Source of the DNA: Promethearchaeota archaeon
GTDB taxonomy: Archaea > Asgardarchaeota > Hermodarchaeia > Hermodarchaeales > Hermodarchaeaceae
Assembly (NCBI GenBank): GCA_048938295.1
Contig: JBHLMI010000027.1
Location: 15,427-35,426 of the forward strand
DNA: 20,000 nucleotides
Direction: 5' to 3'
A model generated the notes under the pieces. The model was not told the origin of the DNA and ran no database searches. It worked only from the letters and a program-made list of their open reading frames with translations. Below are positions 17,190 to 20,000 of the stretch, piece after piece; position 1 is the first letter of the stretch; the number at the start of each line of letters is the position of its first letter. The position numbers and the translations under genes were made by a program.

Positions 17190-18572
17190 TGCATTGTGGC
17201 TCTATTCGAAAGACAACCGAATTGGACTAAAGCACATCTTATGAAAACAGATTTCATAACGCGAACGGTATGGTCACGTTTACCGAATATATCTAAAAAT
17301 TTAGTCAGAAAATTGCGTCGTATATACACAAGAGCAATTAATGTTTTTTTGATTGACTTAGAAGAAAACAAAGGAAGCATCAAAGAAACTTATCACGAAC
17401 TTCGTAACAATGAATAGTTTTCAAAATTATCCGCGAAAATGCTTAACCAAGCATCACAGGAAGCATTTGTTTGGTTTAATTTAAGACGAAAGGAGAGAGT
17501 TCTAACAGATCAAGAAATACAGAATTGGACAAAATGGGCAAAGAAACAAGGCATTGCGAATTTTGATCCCTCACAAAGTCTTCCAAGATTAATTTCTCAC
17601 TCCGATTATCTTAAAGGACGGCCAGGAAAAAAACACGGTCAATGGCCGCAGACAGCAATTGATGGTGCACGGTTTTACATTGATTCAATTACGAATAATA
17701 TTCTAGTGTCAATCGATAAAGTTGCTAAGAGAACCCAGGTTGTAATTGGTGGAGAACCTGAAAAGCTTCTTCGCCAAGCAATTTCTGGTATACTATCACT
17801 GAAAATCGGTTCTTCACGGCTTCTTGTCAAAGACGGAGTTACACAAATGGCTACTCCTATCCGAGTATCTGTTAATATTCCAGATATTTCAAGCCTTGAA
17901 CAGCCAACGCTGATAGGTGTGGATCTAGGACTAAATACATTAGCTGCTGTGGTTGCGCTAACTTTTGATCGAAGGATCCACCCAGCCAAATCGATCTCTG
18001 GAAAACAACTCAAACACCGTTTAGCATCACTTTGGGCAAAACGAAAAAACGCCGCACGCAAACAAAAATCAGAAAGTATACAAGATATCGATGAAAAGAC
18101 ACAACGAGTAATCCAATATTGGATTCATGTGACAGCAAAAGCAGTAATTAACTATGCAAGTCAGTTCCCACATCCAATAATCGTTCTAGAAGATCTTCGA
18201 AATTATATTCCAACGAAAAAGCGAACTCGATGGGCAAGTTCCTCAATGAGAGACCAGCTTAGTAAATGGGCGCGGGGAAGACTCTTTGAAGCAATTTGTA
18301 TGAAAGCTAGTCTACGTAATTTACCTGTAATCAGAGTCAATGCAGCATATTCTTCTCACGTCTGCCCTAGACAATGTCTTTGTCTTCTACCTCAAGGATA
18401 TTTCGAAGTGTTTCACTGTCCTGCATGTGGCGCAAAAGTTCCACGAGACATTAGTGCAGCTACTGAAATTGCACGTCGTGGTCTTCATCAGGTTACAGAC
18501 AATAAAGTGCAGAACTCTAAGGTTCTTGGCAACGAGAACACATCATCCTTGACCCAATCAGCGGCAGGATGA
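17190..18572 (+). pseudogene. Second TnpB-like nuclease gene, same frame interrupted by a single TAG (17415-17417)
   Basis: LIGVDLGLNTLAAV, IIVLEDLRNY, SSHVCPRQC...CPACGAKVPRDISAATEIARRG. ORFs 17196..17417 and 17439..18572 share a frame, with coding-like residues FSKLSAK between them. Confidence 0.75.
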
Positions 18573-18891
18573 TCGGGGCTATGGAAAGGGCCCTGAATAG
18601 GAGCGGTTAAGACCGTTAAGTAGTAAATTCTCTTGCTTGGCAAGGGAATTAGTGTAAAGGCATGGATAACCTTCGGCACCGGTCCTCCAAATTGGTATGG
18701 AGATTCAATGGCAATCACATTGAAACTCAGATACACACTTTCGGGTATGATGCGAGCAAACAAAACCAGAAATAACTCTGTAGAAAGAAATCTATGGAAA
18801 AATACAGACCGAACTAGACTACCGGTCCAGTTCCCGAAAGGGTACAATCGGAAGTTCAAAAACCTTTGTCCAATTTAGGTGTTCCGATAGG

Positions 18892-19539
18892 TCATGCTTC
18901 AGTTAATCTACTGATGGGGAACCGGATGTAGTAGTAAGGTTTTCCATCTGTGTAATTGACTCTTGGGGATCTCGAAATGATATCGAAATGTTTCTTTAAA
19001 AGGCGAACAAGTTCCTTCAGAAAATTCTTATCGCGCTGTTTTAACTGAACCCGTTTTCTCGTTAAGGAACCATCCGTGTCAATCAAACCAAACATGTAAT
19101 GTTTGAAAAGAAATGGATCTTTTGCAATCAAGGAGGGTACCCTCATATTTTGTTTCTTCCCAGATTGAAAGCCCAATTTATTGAAGAAGAAGTAAGCTGC
19201 TGCACGCTGGATGTTTATGGCATAGCAGTTCTTCTTTCTCTTATCTCGCAGAACACGCGGTTGAAAATCAAAGAGGTCCTTGACTAGCACCGATAATTGT
19301 TTTAGGTAATTTTTCCGACCAACAACCTTTACTCGATAATGATAACCGCCTTTCCTTCGTTGGCACTTATTCAGGTTGCCATCACCCGCAACAACACCAG
19401 CAAAATATGCAACCTTATCACTAATTTCCGGAATTTTTGTCTTTGATTTTTTGGTGCAGATGAAATCCTTCTGAATCCTGTGCCAAACACCTGCTTCATC
19501 TAAAGCCTGTGAAATTGAATGTATTTTGACACCCTTCAT
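18892..19539 (-). CDS. LAGLIDADG homing endonuclease
   Basis: Two motifs, YFAGVVAGDGNLN and YMFGLIDTDGSL. The supplied ORF start (19647) lies inside tRNA-Thr, so the MKGVKIHSI start is more plausible. Confidence 0.88.
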   Translation of the reverse strand: MKGVKIHSISQALDEAGVWHRIQKDFICTKKSKTKIPEISDKVAYFAGVVAGDGNLNKCQRRKGGYHYRVKVVGRKNYLKQLSVLVKDLFDFQPRVLRDKRKKNCYAINIQRAAAYFFFNKLGFQSGKKQNMRVPSLIAKDPFLFKHYMFGLIDTDGSLTRKRVQLKQRDKNFLKELVRLLKKHFDIISRSPRVNYTDGKPYYYIRFPISRLTEA

Positions 19540-19586
19540 TCTTAGTGTGTTCTTTACAAAATTGTCTAAAAACTCGTTATTTGAAA

Positions 19587-19661
19587 TGGAGCCTCCGCCG
19601 GGATTTGAACCCGGGACCATTGGCTTACAAGGCCAACGCACCACCACTATGCTACGGAGGC
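19587..19661 (-). tRNA. tRNA-Thr(TGT), CCA encoded, no intron
   Basis: GCCTCCG/CGGAGGC acceptor, TTGGC-CTTGTAA-GCCAA anticodon arm, CCGGG-TTCAAAT-CCCGG T-arm, discriminator T, CCA. Confidence 0.94.
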
Positions 19662-19756
19662 TTATTTGAAGGTATACCTGCTCAATAGATTAATCATTCG
19701 GAGAAGGTGGGTGTGTTTGGAATCGGATGCATATAAGCCAAAAAATGTTTTGCCAT

Positions 19757-19802
19757 CCGAGAGAGCTGCTGGTCGTGGGTTCAATCCCCGCTCGAGGCTC
19801 CA
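19757..19802 (+). tRNA. Orphan tRNA 3' half (T-arm + acceptor 3' strand + CCA), split-tRNA candidate or remnant
   Basis: TGGTC GTGGG-TTCAATC-CCCGC TCGAGGC T CCA. No GCCTCGA-like 5' half found in cis. TATA-like ATATAA at 19731-19736. Confidence 0.5.
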
Positions 19803-19842
19803 TTTTCTTATTTTCAAGTAGACTTTCAAGACTAAAAAAAGA

Positions 19843-19953
19843 TGGTGCGGGGGCCGGGCTTCGAACCCGGGAACTCCTACGAGACAGGATCTTAAGTCCT
19901 GCGCCTTTGACCAAGCTTGGCTGTGGGGTCTACGAATGGGTAGATACCCCCGC
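19843..19953 (-). tRNA. tRNA-Leu(TAA) with a 23-nt intron between nt 8 and 9 (19923-19945), CCA encoded
   Basis: GCGGGGG/CCCCCGC acceptor, CAGGA-CTTAAGA-TCCTG anticodon arm, class II variable arm, CCGGG-TTCGAAG-CCCGG. Splicing gives GCGGGGGTAGCCAAGC. Confidence 0.92.
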
Positions 19954-20000
19954 GGCTTAGTCTTCGGGACGCTGACCCTTGGACAGGTCCCCCGCACAGC

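Noticed and set aside
19587-19647. N-terminal extension MVVRWPCKPMVPGSNPGGGSISN of the LAGLIDADG ORF
   Set aside because: This segment is tRNA-Thr sequence; the endonuclease start must lie downstream.
19690-19914. ORF encoding ...EPRAGIEPTTSSSLG...
   Set aside because: Typical spurious translation of antisense tRNA sequence; it spans the orphan tRNA 3' half and tRNA-Leu.
1-20000. CRISPR array or cas operon
   Set aside because: No regularly spaced direct repeats and no Cas proteins seen; the only related proteins are the two TnpB-like nucleases.

Overview
This 20 kb window is archaeal; the lineage cannot be resolved from the sequence alone. The gene content is largely informational: M50 site-2 protease, Ncs6/TtuA-type tRNA thiolase, TFE-alpha, Trm56, MBF1, proteasome-activating nucleotidase (PAN), PUA protein, NAC, A-ATPase subunit D, DnaG, small Toprim protein, TyrRS, Taw2/Trm5-type methyltransferase, archaeal CoaD and DUF1512. 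RNA genes recognised by hand are SRP RNA, 5S rRNA and tRNA-Ser(GCT), Val(TAC), Pro(TGG), Thr(TGT) and Leu(TAA). The main discoveries are bulge-helix-bulge (BHB) introns. (i) A 28-nt BHB-like intron interrupts dnaG; removing it restores the canonical [17 protein letters not shown] motif and joins two out-of-frame exons. (ii) tRNA-Pro has two non-canonical introns, one in the D-loop and one in the 5' anticodon stem. (iii) tRNA-Val has a D-loop intron at the same place. (iv) tRNA-Leu has an intron between nt 8 and 9. Other notable items are an orphan tRNA 3' half with its own TATA-like box (split-tRNA candidate), two unexplained structured intergenic RNAs, a TnpB with a rearranged RuvC site and no zinc finger, a second TnpB-like gene interrupted by one in-frame TAG, and a LAGLIDADG endonuclease gene next to tRNA-Thr.
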